Numbered from the stretch's first letter, positions 1-12,847 are shown. The stretch is 64,000 nucleotides of DNA from Nageia nagi (GCA_050084985.1 JBITNC010000001.1:157914001-157978000), one strand, 5' to 3'. Notes: generated from the letters alone by a model not told the origin. A program made the numbers and translations.

Positions 1-77
1 TTAATTGTGGTAAAATAATTATAAGAAAACTAAAGGTTGGTGGAGGGTGAATCAACTATCAATGATGGGTTTAGAAA

Positions 78-738
78 GGGAAAATATCCAAATTACCTTT
101 GTAATTTTGGGTAATATCAAAAATACTCATTTTTCATAAGTATCGAAAGTACCTTTATTTTTTCAAAAATATTAAAAACCAAAACGTTGATGGCATGTAC
201 ATAGCAAATTCTAGAGAGCTACCAACGTTAGCATGAGTATTGACCATAGTGAAGATCGACAATTTGAGATGCAAATTCTAAAGGCATTCAAATGAGAAAT
301 CTCTAGTTGGGATAATTCAATATTAACATGCAAAATCTTATTATATTTGCATTATTCGCACCACAATAATAAAGAGAGGCTTAGAAAGTTGAAGAGTAGT
401 CACTAATCATTCATCATACTATATCATAAGCTTACAACAAATATGCTACATCATCAAAACAATAGACTTCTCAAGGCCTTCAAGGATCTATCCATTTAAG
501 AACTCAACAATGTTTGAAGTGAAATGCCCAAATTATCAATGTTGAAAATGGGTTGTTGCTTAGACTTTGGGCTCTAACTATCAGATCCATGCTATAACCT
601 CTTGAGATATTATTGTAATATGTTTGATTTGTATCTCCATTGCATCTTCAAATTTCTTAGGGTATTTTTGATATTTCAAAAAATTAGGAGTATCTTTGAT
701 ATTATGCAAAATTATAGGGGTATTTTGGGTATTTTTCC
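78..738. mobile_element. Non-autonomous Mutator-like element (MULE), possibly Pack-MULE
   Basis: Imperfect TIRs of about 80 bp: left gggaaaatatccaaattacctttgtaattttgggtaatatcaaaaatactc; right end reverse complement ggaaaaatacccaaaatacccctataattttgcataatatcaaagatactc. Same TIR family as 54504-55161. The 9-bp flanks match only partly (gtttagaaa / ttttaataa). Confidence 0.75.
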
Positions 739-1369
739 TTTTAATAATTAATTGAATGGTTCATTACATCTTCTAGAGTTGTCCCTGGGAGATGTTCCTC
801 AATTTTTACTTGGAAAGTTGGTAATTGCTATCTACATGGAGAAGACACCCATTTTTTATTTTAGAAAGATCGTATGCTAAGCCAAAAAAAGCAACATGAT
901 GATTGCTTTGGGTGCCCATTTATGAGTGGGTATCCGAACCCCTATTTGCCTTGGTTTTTGCAATGAAGATCTTAATCAAAATGGAGGAAATCAAGGCAAA
1001 GAACCTACATAAAATATAGGAGCATACCCAAAAGTGCAACATATAGATATTAAGAGCATATACCATTTATTATATTATAATACCAAATCATATCATAAAG
1101 ATGATGCTTAATGTCCCAAGCAATAAATGTATACATTCATAAAGTGGTCATAAAATAGTGATCATAACAATCATAATGTCATGGATAGAGAAAGTAATAA
1201 GCATATGATCATAATAATAACAATTATATAATGATCACAAAGATAGCAATTTTGAACATAACAAGGCATAATGCATCATAAAATAAAAATAATATAAAAA
1301 AATATTGATCATAATGTGTGCATGAAGGAGATAAAAGAATAAGATATCATAACCTTTGATTTCTTATTG

Positions 1370-3250
1370 GCATGCCACCAAGATAAACTAAAATTGATCT
1401 TATGCCCCCATGACATCATTGGGTTATTTCTTAACCATTGCACTTGAAAATACTAATTTGAAATGTCTAACCACAACTAAATCTTTTTTTTTATCTCTCT
1501 TGATATTTTTCCCAAGTATTAATGTTGTAGAATCAATTTAAAATTTTTACGATTTCTTGAAATAAAGATCATATTGGTTGTCCTTGTGATAAAATTTGTC
1601 TATAACCTCTTCCCAATTTTTTTTTCTATTCTAAAAATGATCCTAAAATGCTAAAAATTTGACAAACCAACAAAGACTTGATAAGGATTTACACAAACTA
1701 ACATATTGAAAATAACATTAACATAACCTTAACAACTGACTATAAAAGGGTTGAACATGATTAATTGATAATAAGAGACTAAACATAAAAAAGGAATGAT
1801 CATAAAGTTGCAAGATGCAGCCTAATCTACATGAGAACACATAACTAACCTATATAAAATGTAGTCTTATCCTATATGAGAAGGTAAGGGAACATTACCT
1901 GGGTTATCTTCTTGTGAAATGCAAGATTGATCATCACTATCTTTGGATAAAAATATTTCCTTGGTTATGATCCTAATAAGGTTCTTATGGATAAGAAGGG
2001 ATCTTTTATCTTACTTTATTTGTACATGTTTGGGGGATAACCTTGATGATATGACTTGGCTTCTCTTTTAATATGATTTTCTAGTGATGTTGCTCATTGA
2101 TATTTTAGCGATGTCATTAGACATAATTTGGATAATATCATTAGAGGAATGAAGGTTTTGGGATTTTTTTGAATCTTTAAGGTTTTTTGATGTCTTTATC
2201 TACAAATCAATATTCCATCATTCCCACTTCTTCAACTTCATCTTCTTGTTGAAAATATTGACCTTATTGATTAATATGTGGGTGATGTTTATGTTTATGT
2301 TGATTCTCATATTTAGACTTTTCTTCTAGACTAAATGTATCATCTTTAAATTACACTTATTTATCTTGGTTAAAAAAGTTAAATATTTCTCCAAAAGAAT
2401 TTATGGTGAGGTTAGGATCAATAAAGCAATTTTTGAATTTAACATTATGAACAACCTTTCTATGATCATCAAATTTTATACATAAATTATATAAAGTAAT
2501 TTTATGAGGAAAAGTATCATAAGCTTGAGAAAGATTAGACTTATATCTTTCCTTACTTTGTTGTGCATATGCATAATCTTTGTTGATGACCATGCAAACC
2601 ATGTTGACCATGTAATCACCCTTTTCATCTTCATCAAATTATAGATCAGACTCATCATCAAATTCCCTAGTATCATAATTGACATATCCAATTTCTAATA
2701 GCTTTTACAATTTCTTCTTTATCTTAATACATCTATTAGTTGAATGATCCTTTACCTGATGATATAAGCAATAGTTAATTTATTTATACCAATAGGGTTT
2801 CTTTTCATCAACATTATATTATTTATCCATTTTTGCTTTTATCAACCTTTTAGCTATACAATCTTTTAACATTTGAGTTGATGGTACCTAGAGCTTATAA
2901 TATTATTCCTTCATGCTTTTCTCATCACTTGAATAATATTTTTCAATTTCTTTTACTTTAGGATATTATTTCTTAGGATATGAATTATATGACTTTGAAT
3001 TTTCTTTGAAGTGTTACCATACTTGAGTTGACCAGTTTGAACCATAGATCTCTCATATTCAATCAACTTATATGTTAAATATATAAAATTCGCATTCTTA
3101 AAAAGAAAAGCAAAACATTTCAATTTAGGAATAATATTTTCAAGAAATATTTTAAAAACATACTTTTCAATTAATGTACTATCAAGTGCTCTCCAAACCT
3201 TTTGATACATTTTGATAAATTTATCTAAGGTCTTGTATTTGATTCTTGAT
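1370..3250 (-). mobile_element. Degenerate Ty3/Gypsy gag remnant (Tat/Ogre-like)
   Basis: Broken minus-strand ORFs at 2357-3210. A gag zinc-finger-like motif YCLYHQVKDHSTNRC reads on the minus strand at about 2715-2775. Limits approximate. Confidence 0.5.
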
Positions 3251-4540
3251 TACAACCCATGAGATCAAGTATCCCAAGTGCTTGTTGAATGTTGCATTTG
3301 AAATTATATTTGAATATACCTTTCAATTAAGCATAACAAGTAACTGATGCTAACTCTAAGCTATGACACCATGCATTTTCTAGATTCATTAGTCAAACTT
3401 AGGGGGAATAAACTCTACCTATCACTATTGAACAAATGAACTCAAGATTATAAAATAAAATTAAGTTACTATGTCTTCTTATGCCAAGACATTCTCATCA
3501 TTAAATATAGATTTCATCCTGCAATTATTGTTAGATCAAATATCAAATAAACATAATATTTCTTCCTGACTAAAAATTTAGCCACATGTAATTCATCTAT
3601 CATCACTAATAAAAATATTAAAAGGTAATATGTGAAATTTCTTACTAGGTGTTTCTTATATAGCCTTAAAATAATGAACTTATCCTTAGCATACCCCCAT
3701 TATTGAAGATGATAGAACCAAGTGCCTACTTTCCCTAAGTACCAAAGAGAAAATCCACTCATTCACAATGCCTAATTGTATACTATAATTAATAAGGAAT
3801 ATGGATTTGGCTACATAAATTGATTACATGTTATAACCAAATACCATAAGGAATTGTAGCTAAATTCCACTTCCTAATTGCATGTTATAACCAAGGATCA
3901 AATAGATATTTCTTATATATCCTCAAATAAAAAACTCTCCTCAAATATACTTAACACATACCCTCATAAATGAGGATGCTAGAACTAGCTACTTATAATC
4001 ACGTACTTACTAAAACCTACCATTTACTTGTACTATGTTGATAGTAGCCTAAATATAGCCTCCATAACATTTAGATGAATCGCTTTGCAAATTTGAATCT
4101 TCATTATTACCGAGCGTAGTATGTTGACACATCGATGTACAATTTTCCACCCTTAGATCCTTCAAATTTGTGTTCATTTTCAAGGCCTCATGTCAAGGTT
4201 ATTAGACCAAATTGAAATATAGAGAATAAGGAATCTACTAATTATATAAGGCACAAATCTAGAGTTAATAGATGGTGTTGAAAGATACTGAGCATAAAAT
4301 GTAGTATAATCTATCTAGGTCCAAATATGATCAATACTATGTCCTTCTTCCCTTAAACAGATGAGAAGTTCCATTGTCGACCAAGATACCTTCTTGGCTA
4401 GTGCTCCTTTAACCTATCATTGTAAGGATAAAAATGAGTGAAATTGCACTTTATTCCAAAAAAAATAGTAAAATAAATAATTAAATTACTTTAATACTTA
4501 GATATCTAAAATATAATTTTTAAGTCCATAAGGGGACAAC

Positions 4541-4690
4541 ACATTGGTTAATGCATTGATCAATCTTTGGGAGGTCCTAGGTTCAAATCTCACTAGTTGT
4601 TCCACTATGTCATAACAGAGCTATGGTTTGGTTATAATCATTATGTTATCCACAAGTTGGTAAGTGTATATTGGATACTTTAAAATATAT
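4541..4690 (+). mobile_element. tRNA-derived SINE head (degenerate)
   Basis: A-box-like ttggttaatgc followed about 35 nt later by B-box ggttcaaatc (4590). Confidence 0.5.
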
Positions 4691-4743
4691 TTATCCTAAT
4701 AGCAGCCATGAGGGGGTGCTTAAAATAATTTGGCACATGATTT

Positions 4744-4747
<4 letters not shown>

Positions 4748-4797
<50 letters not shown>
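4748..4797. repeat. (AT)n microsatellite, about 25 units
   Basis: Seen directly. Confidence 0.97.
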
Positions 4798-4800
<3 letters not shown>

Positions 4801-4844
4801 TTACTTATATATATAAATTTTAAAACTTCATGATAATATATCCT

Positions 4845-5570
4845 AATTAACCCATCCATTTGGAACCTAACACCACATCTGCTTTATCTGATTCTATAAT
4901 ATATATTGTTCTCATCCATATATAATTATTTGTAGTAAGTCTTGTATTAGAAACTTTTCTCGTAAATGTTGCATTCCATCCATTAGAAAATAACATAATA
5001 ATTTCTTTTTACTTTATGCATGTAAAGGTTTAATTTGTTTGCTAAATCTATACTCATAAAATTATAAATGTTATATAAATCAATTAATACAAGCAAACTT
5101 TATTTTTAATAAAATTTCATACCTTGATTCTTTAGGGATATTCCATCCCTATAAGTACAAATATTAATAGTGACATCTTCTTATCCTTTATTATCTTTAT
5201 TTATTGTTTGAGGTTTTCTTCTTATAAAATTTCTATTTGGGGATATTCTTCCTCATCTTATTCCATATTCATAATGGAATTATCTATTTCTTCATAGTAT
5301 GTCTTGTATTCAATGTTTGCTTGAACTTTTGATAGATACCATTAACCATTTCTTCTCTTTTGTAGTTCTACCTTATGTTTTAATATCTTTTTTTATTTAA
5401 ATCTTGATCCATTAATGTTATCTTTGGCTATTTTGATTAATTTTTTATCTCTCTAATTGTTCAATTATTATATAAGCATAATTCCCTATTAATATTCTTC
5501 CTCGATCTATTTCTAAATATCATACATGAGACTATTGAGTTATAACCCTTATAAAGTTGAGGGTACCTAT
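4845..5570 (-). mobile_element. Old Gypsy gag/protease remnant, the target of the Copia insertion; probably continues at 14195-15450
   Basis: Minus-strand translation gives LIDLYNIYNFMSIDLANKLNL and ADVVLGSKWM, which are degenerate Gypsy aspartic protease motifs. A degenerate PBS-like gtatgatacta lies at about 15439-15450. Confidence 0.5.
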
Positions 5571-6060
5571 TGTTAGAATTTGTAATGAAATATTGTAAAT
5601 ATCTAAACTCCTTGTAAATTCAATTAATCACTTAAAGGATATTTAGATACCTTAAGGGATTAATTGAATTCTTTATTATGTAAACTTTGACCTTACCAAG
5701 TGGTTAGTTGGTAGGTTAAAGTTAGGTAATGTATTTATTGTAACCCTAACCTTACCTTTGGATTAAAGGGAGGTTAGGGAGGTGCTCTCATGCTATAAAT
5801 AGAGGGCCTCTCCTCTTGTAATATAACTTAGATTTTGAGTAAGATTACTCTACTAGTTTGTGTAGGAGAGAAAGGAATTGTAGTAAGAGGGTGCATAGTT
5901 TGAGAATTGAGATCTAGTTGTGGATGTACTCCCAAGGAGGGAGGAACCACATTATATTGGTGTTATCTTGTGTGAATGGTGTTATTAGCTTGTAGATGTT
6001 GAATGATTAAGTTTCCTATAGTCTTGGACCTTGAGGATTAGTGTAGATCTAATTCCATCA
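5571..6060 (+). repeat. 5' LTR of Copia element
   Basis: tgttagaatt...ttccatca; TATA-like ctataaatag at about 5793. Confidence 0.97.
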
Positions 6061-6062
6061 AT

Positions 6063-6074
6063 TGGTATCAAAGC
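6063..6074 (+). promoter_or_regulatory. Primer binding site (tRNA-iMet)
   Basis: tggtatcaaagc, 2 nt after the 5' LTR; one mismatch from canonical TGGTATCAGAGC. Confidence 0.92.
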
Positions 6075-6446
6075 TTGGTGTGGAAGCTCCTTCAACATTC
6101 TTTGAAACTTCTTCAATTTGGAGGTCTCCATTTCTCATCTTCTTATATTGTTGAGGTAAAACATAATAGAAGGTATACATTTTTTACCTTCTTGGTTAAT
6201 TATTGAATAATTGTATTTTACTACTAACATATTGTGTGCTATATGTTGACTATTGTTGAGCTGAATATGATTAACAATTTTTGATACTAACCTCTTTTGT
6301 GAATAGATTTTTTTTGCAAATTGCTTATTTGCTCATTATTTAAGAGGATAGTATACAAAAATTAAGTTGAGGAATTTTTTTTCCTATCTTATGAAGAAGA
6401 TAATTTTTTTAACCTTTTTTTTGTTAATAAAAATGGGTAATTTCTT

Positions 6447-6922
6447 AGGATTGGTTGTTGCTAAGAGGATCAATTTAAAGTTGGAAGAATGAATACTATT
6501 TCTACCATGAATATAGTATCGCATGTCATCCCACCAAAGTAAGCTTTTTTCCTTTTTTGGTCGTTAGATTATTTGTTTGAACATGACTTCTAGATGGCAA
6601 AGAAAGAGAGGCTGAAGGACCACTATTTCTTACACTTAAATTAGCTTTCCTAAGAGCTACAGTAAATGCATAACTTATGTCAGCAATAGCTGGCTCAAAA
6701 CCTACTCCATAGGCGATTTCTGCTTTCTCAAAGTGTATTGGCAATTCAGAGTACATTTTAAGCGGGGGAGTTGTTCCAGTCATAGAACATAGCATTTCAA
6801 CCGTGTGCTACCTACCAATATACACTTCTTGGAAAATTTGAGGTGGGAACATGGTTTCCTGTTGAGCAAATATTATAGTGCCCCCGCAGTTACCCATAGT
6901 TGCTAAAAGCATTGGAAAGGAT
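6447..6922 (-). pseudogene. SAB: Captured fragment of SABRE/KINKY POLLEN (FMP27/BLTP2 family) gene inside the Copia leader
   Basis: Minus strand reads SFPMLLATMGNCGGTIIFAQQETMFPPQIFQEVYIGR*HTVEMLCSMTGTTPPLKMYSELPIHFEKAEIAYGVGFEPAIADISYAFTVALRKANLSVRN, then after a frameshift PKKEKSLLWWDDMRYYIHG...LLATTNP. This matches recalled SABRE motifs GTTPPLK..S.L.IHF, GVG.EPA.ADISYAFTVALR.ANLS and LPWWDDMR.Y.HG. One stop and one frameshift. Confidence 0.88.
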
Positions 6923-6930
6923 TAATCATA

Positions 6931-7242
6931 CTATAAATAGACAACGGAATTCGATCTTGCATTCAACTGATCATATCTAATTTGCTGCGAAGAGAAATCT
7001 ATAGCTATAGAAATGGCTACAACTATGCAATGGTCGCACATGCCTTCGTTGCACCTTCTCCCTCCCTTTGCACGCAGTGGTTCAACCTATCCTCCTCCTT
7101 CTCCTCCTCGTCAGGTCTGAACATGGTGAGCGCCTCACCACTCCACCTAAGTCTTAAGGACTCAACCAAACTACTCTTCTCCTACTCCTCCCTCTTCTCC
7201 TCCCTCTGCATCTTCTCCTTGACATTGCCCTCCTTATCTTAG
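6931..7242 (+). pseudogene. TATA box plus short Pro/Ser-rich ORF, putative second captured gene fragment
   Basis: ctataaatag at 6931-6940. ATG at 7013 reads MATTMQWSHMPSLHLLPPFARSGSTYPPPSPPRQV*. More Pro-rich coding (PNYSSPTPPSSPPSASSP) follows. Richer in GC and CpG than the flanks. Confidence 0.4.
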
Positions 7243-8934
7243 AATAAAGTTGGAGGTTTCTTTTTTTTCTTGTTTTCTTTGTGCATTTAATTTTTTTGTT
7301 GACTACTTGCATATTCTTAAATGCACATGCAAAGCAACGTTTACTCCTTCTTGGTAAGGGAAGGGTAGCCATCACTATTTTACCTAAAAGCATTTACTTT
7401 TTTTTGACTTGGAGTATTTTTTTGTTTACTTGGAGTGTTTGAGGTAAAAGTAGCATTAACTATGCATAGGTCTCCTTTCTTCTTCATTAATACTTGCAAG
7501 CTCCCAAGAAGCAAACGTATACTTTTTGGTAGGCATTTAATATTTTTTGCTTACTTACAAGTCATTTGTTCCTATTAAAAGCACTTTTAAGTACTTATAC
7601 TCCAACTTTAAGCATTGTCATGATGACTATAATACTTTAAAGTAAGTAGATACATCATTACTCTTCAATGCTATCCAAATGTGGCAAATAAAGTTAATTC
7701 TTTAGGAGTATATTTTTTTTTAATACTTTTAAGTTTGTCAATTTACTTAGGTAAAATGATAAATATTAGTGTAACATTAACACTTTAAGGGATTTTTTTT
7801 ACCTAAGTATTTTGATTTCATGTTTCCTAAAAGGGAAACCTATGCTATTTTTTTAAGTAAACAAGGGAAATTTTTTACTTAAAATATAAATGCATACTTA
7901 AAAGATAATTTTTTTTAGCATACAAGTTTTAGGGATAAAACTTTAAGTAAAAAAAGGGGGAATTTGTATAGTTTTTTATTTAAAACTTTATCTAGATCTT
8001 GCATGCTAAATTTGTAATACATGCCTCTTAATCTTGTGTAGGAATAAAGCATGCTTAGTACTTAAAATTTTTAAGTTAAATAATGCATTTTTAATAAGAT
8101 AAATGATGCATGTTTATTACTTAATTTTTTAAGTTATGGATTAATGCTAAGTAGGACTTAGCCCTTTTAAATTCATTAAAGTGTTGAATGAATTTATGAA
8201 CTTGAGCAAGTATGCAAAATGTAAAAATGTCCTTTAGGGGTTAGTACAAAACCCATTGGACTCTTATATTTCAAGTTCTTATGGATGATGTATTTTTAAT
8301 ACTTTACTTTATATTTTTGCATAATTACTTTATACTTGCAAAATGCAAAATATTGAAAGTAACCCCTAAAATGAACACATCCGCACGTACTTTTCCACAA
8401 CATGACTTGTTTGAGGAGCCACGAGGTGAGGACAGGGCAAACTGGAGCCTTTTTAGTCCGAAGAACTAATTGGTGGTAAATCCATCTTAATTGCCCCTAA
8501 GACCTCTATTGGATTGGACATAACTCTATTAGGTGGACAGGCATGTGCGTAGTGATACCACATGTCCGCACATCCATTCAGGGATTATCCTGATAACCTA
8601 GGAGGAAAACTTGAAAACCTTAAACAAGATAATTAAAATGGTCGATCCAAGATACGTCAGATCCTTGGAAAATAGTTGGTACTTCTCCTTGAGAGAGTAT
8701 ATTACTGACCAAGGTGAACTGGTTGAGGACTGGTAGTACTTGGGCTCCACTTTGCGAGCATCCAGGTGAAGGCCTAATTCTATATAAGAAAACAACCTCA
8801 ACTTTATCCTTCTACGGATCTTGGTTTATAAGTTTGCACATGTGGGACATGTTTACTTATCAATGTTTGATTTGTATAGATGGTAAATTATAGAAATTTA
8901 TTCATTCTTCTTGCTTATTTACTTTTGTGTAGCA

Positions 8935-9879
8935 ATGGTTGAAACCTTCATACCCAAGCATATACTCGATGGTTCCAACTTTGGCATATGGGAACCTCGT
9001 ATGAAAGCTAAGTTACAAGCAAGGAAGCTGTGGCAGATAGTTAATGAAGACTTGGTCACTCCTACAGATGAGAAGGCTCTTGAAATCTACAACTCAAAGA
9101 ATGAGTTAGCAACTTCAATGATTTATTGTGTAGTTTCAGATGACGTACTTCTCATGATCTCTTCTTCAACATCAGCAAAGGAAGATTGGGATAGGCTGAA
9201 GAAAATTTACCTTGGGTCAAAATTTTCAAGGAGGTTCACTATTTTACAAAAGTTATTGCAATGTCATCAAGGTGAAGATGAAAGTGCTTCTATTTACTTG
9301 AACAAAGTCATTGACCTCAGGACACAACTAGTTGGCTGTGGGTGCAACTGGATCAATGATGAGTTCATGGTCTTCATCATTCTTCAAAGCCTTTCTACAA
9401 AGTTTAGTAACTTTGTCACGGTTATGGAAACTAGGCTCGATGATGAAGAAGATGTCATCTCTCTTGATAACCTTTCTAGACTCCTTCTGAAGCATGAGGA
9501 AACTTTGAATAAGAAAATGTTGAACTTTTCTCCAAAGGACAAAAGCATTGCTCTAGGAGCAACCAAAACTCCTTTCAAGAAGAAGTTCAAACATTATAAA
9601 TTCAAAGATAACAAATCCTCATCTACCTTCAGGAAGCATGAGAAAAAGGGCAACAATAATGGCAACTTCAAGCAAAGGAATGACAAAGCTGGATCAAGCA
9701 ATCCAAAACCTAAGGAAAAGTTTGATGGAAATTGTAAATTTTGTGGCATCTTTGGGCATAAAGAGTATGATTATCGTAAAAACAAATTTGCTAAAAAAGG
9801 CAAGGGAAATGCAAATGTAAAAATTTTAATCATAAAAAGAAGAACAAGCATGCTGCTACTGTTGCCTACTACTCAATGA
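8935..9879 (+). pseudogene. gag: Copia gag (DUF4219/UBN2-type, degenerate zinc knuckle)
   Basis: LDGSNFGIWEPRMKAKL; CKFCGIFGHKEYDY with last Cys lost; frameshift before the protease. Confidence 0.9.
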
Positions 9880-12847
9880 CTCAAACTATTTCAAATGATT
9901 GGATTGTTGATTCAAGATGCACTAATCACATGTGTTATGAAAAGGATAAGTTTGAAAACTTTCATAAGTATAAGAAGGATGCAGTTGTGATAGGTGATAA
10001 TTCAATCCTTGATGTTCAAGGAATAGGGAGTGTGAAGATTCATGGAAAGGTTCTTGATAATGTCTTTTATGTGCCTAATCTAAGGATGAATCTTATCTCT
10101 GTAATTCAGATTACAAGGAAAGGATACTCATTTGAGTTTACCTCACACTCCTGGTGTGTTAAGAAAGGACTTGCCACCTTGATGAAAGGATCAGTAAAGG
10201 ATGACCTTTATATTGTGGATCAAGTTCCTTCAAAGATGTGTCTTGCTGCAAATGTTTGTTCAAAGGGTAATCTTTGGCATCAACGATTAGGGCACCTTAA
10301 CCACAAGAGTATTCAAGATATGAAAAATCAAGAACTTGTGAAAGGGTTACCTATATTTCACCCATAATTGGTCTCTGTGAAAGGTGCATTCTAGGAAAGA
10401 TGAATAGGCAAAAGTTTGAAAAAGATAAGGCAACTCGGGCTACTCATCCTCTTCAACTTGTGCATTCAGATTTGATGGGTCTGTTTCAGACTAAGTCTCT
10501 AGGGGGAGCTTCTTATGTTCTAACCTTCATTGATGAATTCAGCAGGATGACATTTGGTTATCTACTTGAGCACAAGGATCAAACTTTTGATAGGTTTAAA
10601 GACTTCAAGGCTCTTGTTGAAAATCAAACTGAATTTAAGATTAAGATGCTGAGATCTGATAATGGGGGTGAGTATAATAGCAATGAGTTTAACGATTATT
10701 GTGTTAAACATGGGATCAAGCGGTAATTCACAATCCCTTACACCCTCAACAAAATGGAGTTGCTGAAAGGAAGAATCGAACCATTATGGAAATGGCAAGG
10801 TGCATGTTGGGTAACCTTCCTAGTTTCTTATGGGGTGAAGCTATTCACACTATTATTCACACCCTAAATAGGTGTCCTACTAAAGTAGTTGAAGGTAAAA
10901 CTCCGTATGAAGCATGGATAGGAAAGAAACCTAACATCTCACACTTTAGGGTCTTCAATTATGATGCATTTGCCTTCATTACCTCAGAGAAAAGAAAGAA
11001 GTTGGATAAAAGATAAAAAAAAATGCATCTTTGTGGGGTATGATAATCAGCATAGAGGTTACAGGCTCTACTCCTCATCCCATAAAATAGTCTTTATTTT
11101 TAGGGATGTCAAGTTCAATGAACTTCCTGAGGATATGACTTCTCATGCTGAGGTGTTTGATTCAGATGATTCTTCGCCTGCACCTAACTGGTTGGATGAT
11201 AATGTAGGGAAGTCACCATAAGAGCAAAATTCTCCAGCTTAGAGAATTACAAGGAGTATGACCTTGAATAAATCTTTATTTGCCAAAATTGATAATAAGA
11301 ATGAGCCATCAATCTTCAAAGAAGCTTCCAAGCAAGAGTGTTGGATGGAAGCTATGAAAGTTGAGTATGAGGCGCTCATGAAAAATGAAACTTGGGATTT
11401 GGTTCCTTATCCCAATGAGAAAAATGTGATTGGAAATAAATGGATATACAAGGTCAAGTACAATTCTGATGGAGAAATTGAAAAATACAAAGCAAGGTTA
11501 GTGGCCAAAGGATTTACTCAGAAATATGGTATTGATTATGAGGAAGCCTTTGCTCCTATGGCCATGCCTACTGTCAGGATAATCCTTGCTCTTTCTGTAG
11601 CTCAAGGATGGAAAGTTTTTCAACTTGATGTCAAGAGTGCATTTCTCAATGGTGACTTGGATGTAGAAATCTACATGAATCAACTAGAAGGATTTATTCC
11701 AAAAGGTAAAGAGTCTTTTGTGTGCAAGCTAAAGAAGTCTTTGTATGGAATTAAGCAAGCACCTAGAGCATGGTACAAGAAAATTTTAGGATTCTTTGCA
11801 GATATTGGTTTTTCCAAGTGCTTCTCTGACTCAGATCTCTATGTACTCAATCAAGGAAAAGATGTGGTATTATATCTCCTTTATGTGGATGATCTTCTCA
11901 TAACTAGCAATCATATTGAAATCATCCAAGAGTGCATATCCAAACTGAAGGCAACATTTGAAATGACTGATCTAGGTCTATTGCATTACTATCTTGGGAT
12001 GCAAGTATACCAACACAAAGATTGTACTTATCTTAATCAATCTAAGTATATATTAGACATCTTGCAAAAGTTTGGAATAGAGGAGTGTAGATATGCTACA
12101 ATACCTATTTCTCCTGGAATCGTTGTATCTCTGAGCTCAGATTCTTAGTTGGATGATGCTATAGCTTATAGGCAATTGATCGGTAGTCTTCTGTATCTGA
12201 CTATCTCTTGACCTGATATTACCTTTGCAATGAATCTAATGGCATGATTCATGCAAAAACCATATGTTGAGCACCTCAATGCTATTAAGCAAATCTTGAG
12301 GTATGTGGCAGGGACAAAGGATCTTGCTCTTAAGTATTCCAAAGTGCCCTCGATTGTTCTCTCTAAGTTCTCAGATTCTAATTATGGGGGAGATAGAGAT
12401 GACAAAAAATCAACCTCTGCATATGTGTTTAGCATTGGTTTAGGTGCTATCTCTTGGGCTTCCAAGAAGCAACCTACTGTGACTCTTTCTACCATTGAAG
12501 CTGAATATCGAGCCATGTCTGTTGCCACCCAGGAAGCTATTTGGCTGAGGCATCTTCTAAACAAAATTAGGTATGGGCAAAATGGCCCATCTCTTATTTC
12601 TTCAGATAATCAATTGGCTATCTCTTTGGCTAAGAATCCTGTGTTCCATCAGAGAACTAAACATGTGGAAATCCAAGCCCATTTTATCAGGGAGAAGGTT
12701 CTAGATGACATCATACACTTGGAGTATTGTCCATCTACTATAAACTTTGCTGATTTATTCACCAAGCCCCTTCCTAAAGCTCAGTTCAGCAAGCTTAGGG
12801 ATTCTCTCAGGTTGGTGAAGTTTCCCTCAAGGGGGAGTGAAGTTTGA
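9876..12847 (+). pseudogene. pol: Copia pol (PR, INT, RT, RNase H) with several stops and frameshifts
   Basis: WIVDSRCTNHM, LWHQRLGHLN, LRSDNGGEY, YKARLVAKGF, QLDVKSAFLNG, LYVDDLL, EAEYRAM and ADLFTKPL, spread over ORF fragments. Confidence 0.95.

Noticed and set aside
4276-4543. Short solo LTR (tgttg...caacaca)
   Set aside because: The termini look LTR-like, but there is no matching TSD, PBS or partner LTR.
8588-8620. ctgataa...gaaa as a hammerhead ribozyme core
   Set aside because: It does not match CUGANGA, and stems I and III cannot be formed.
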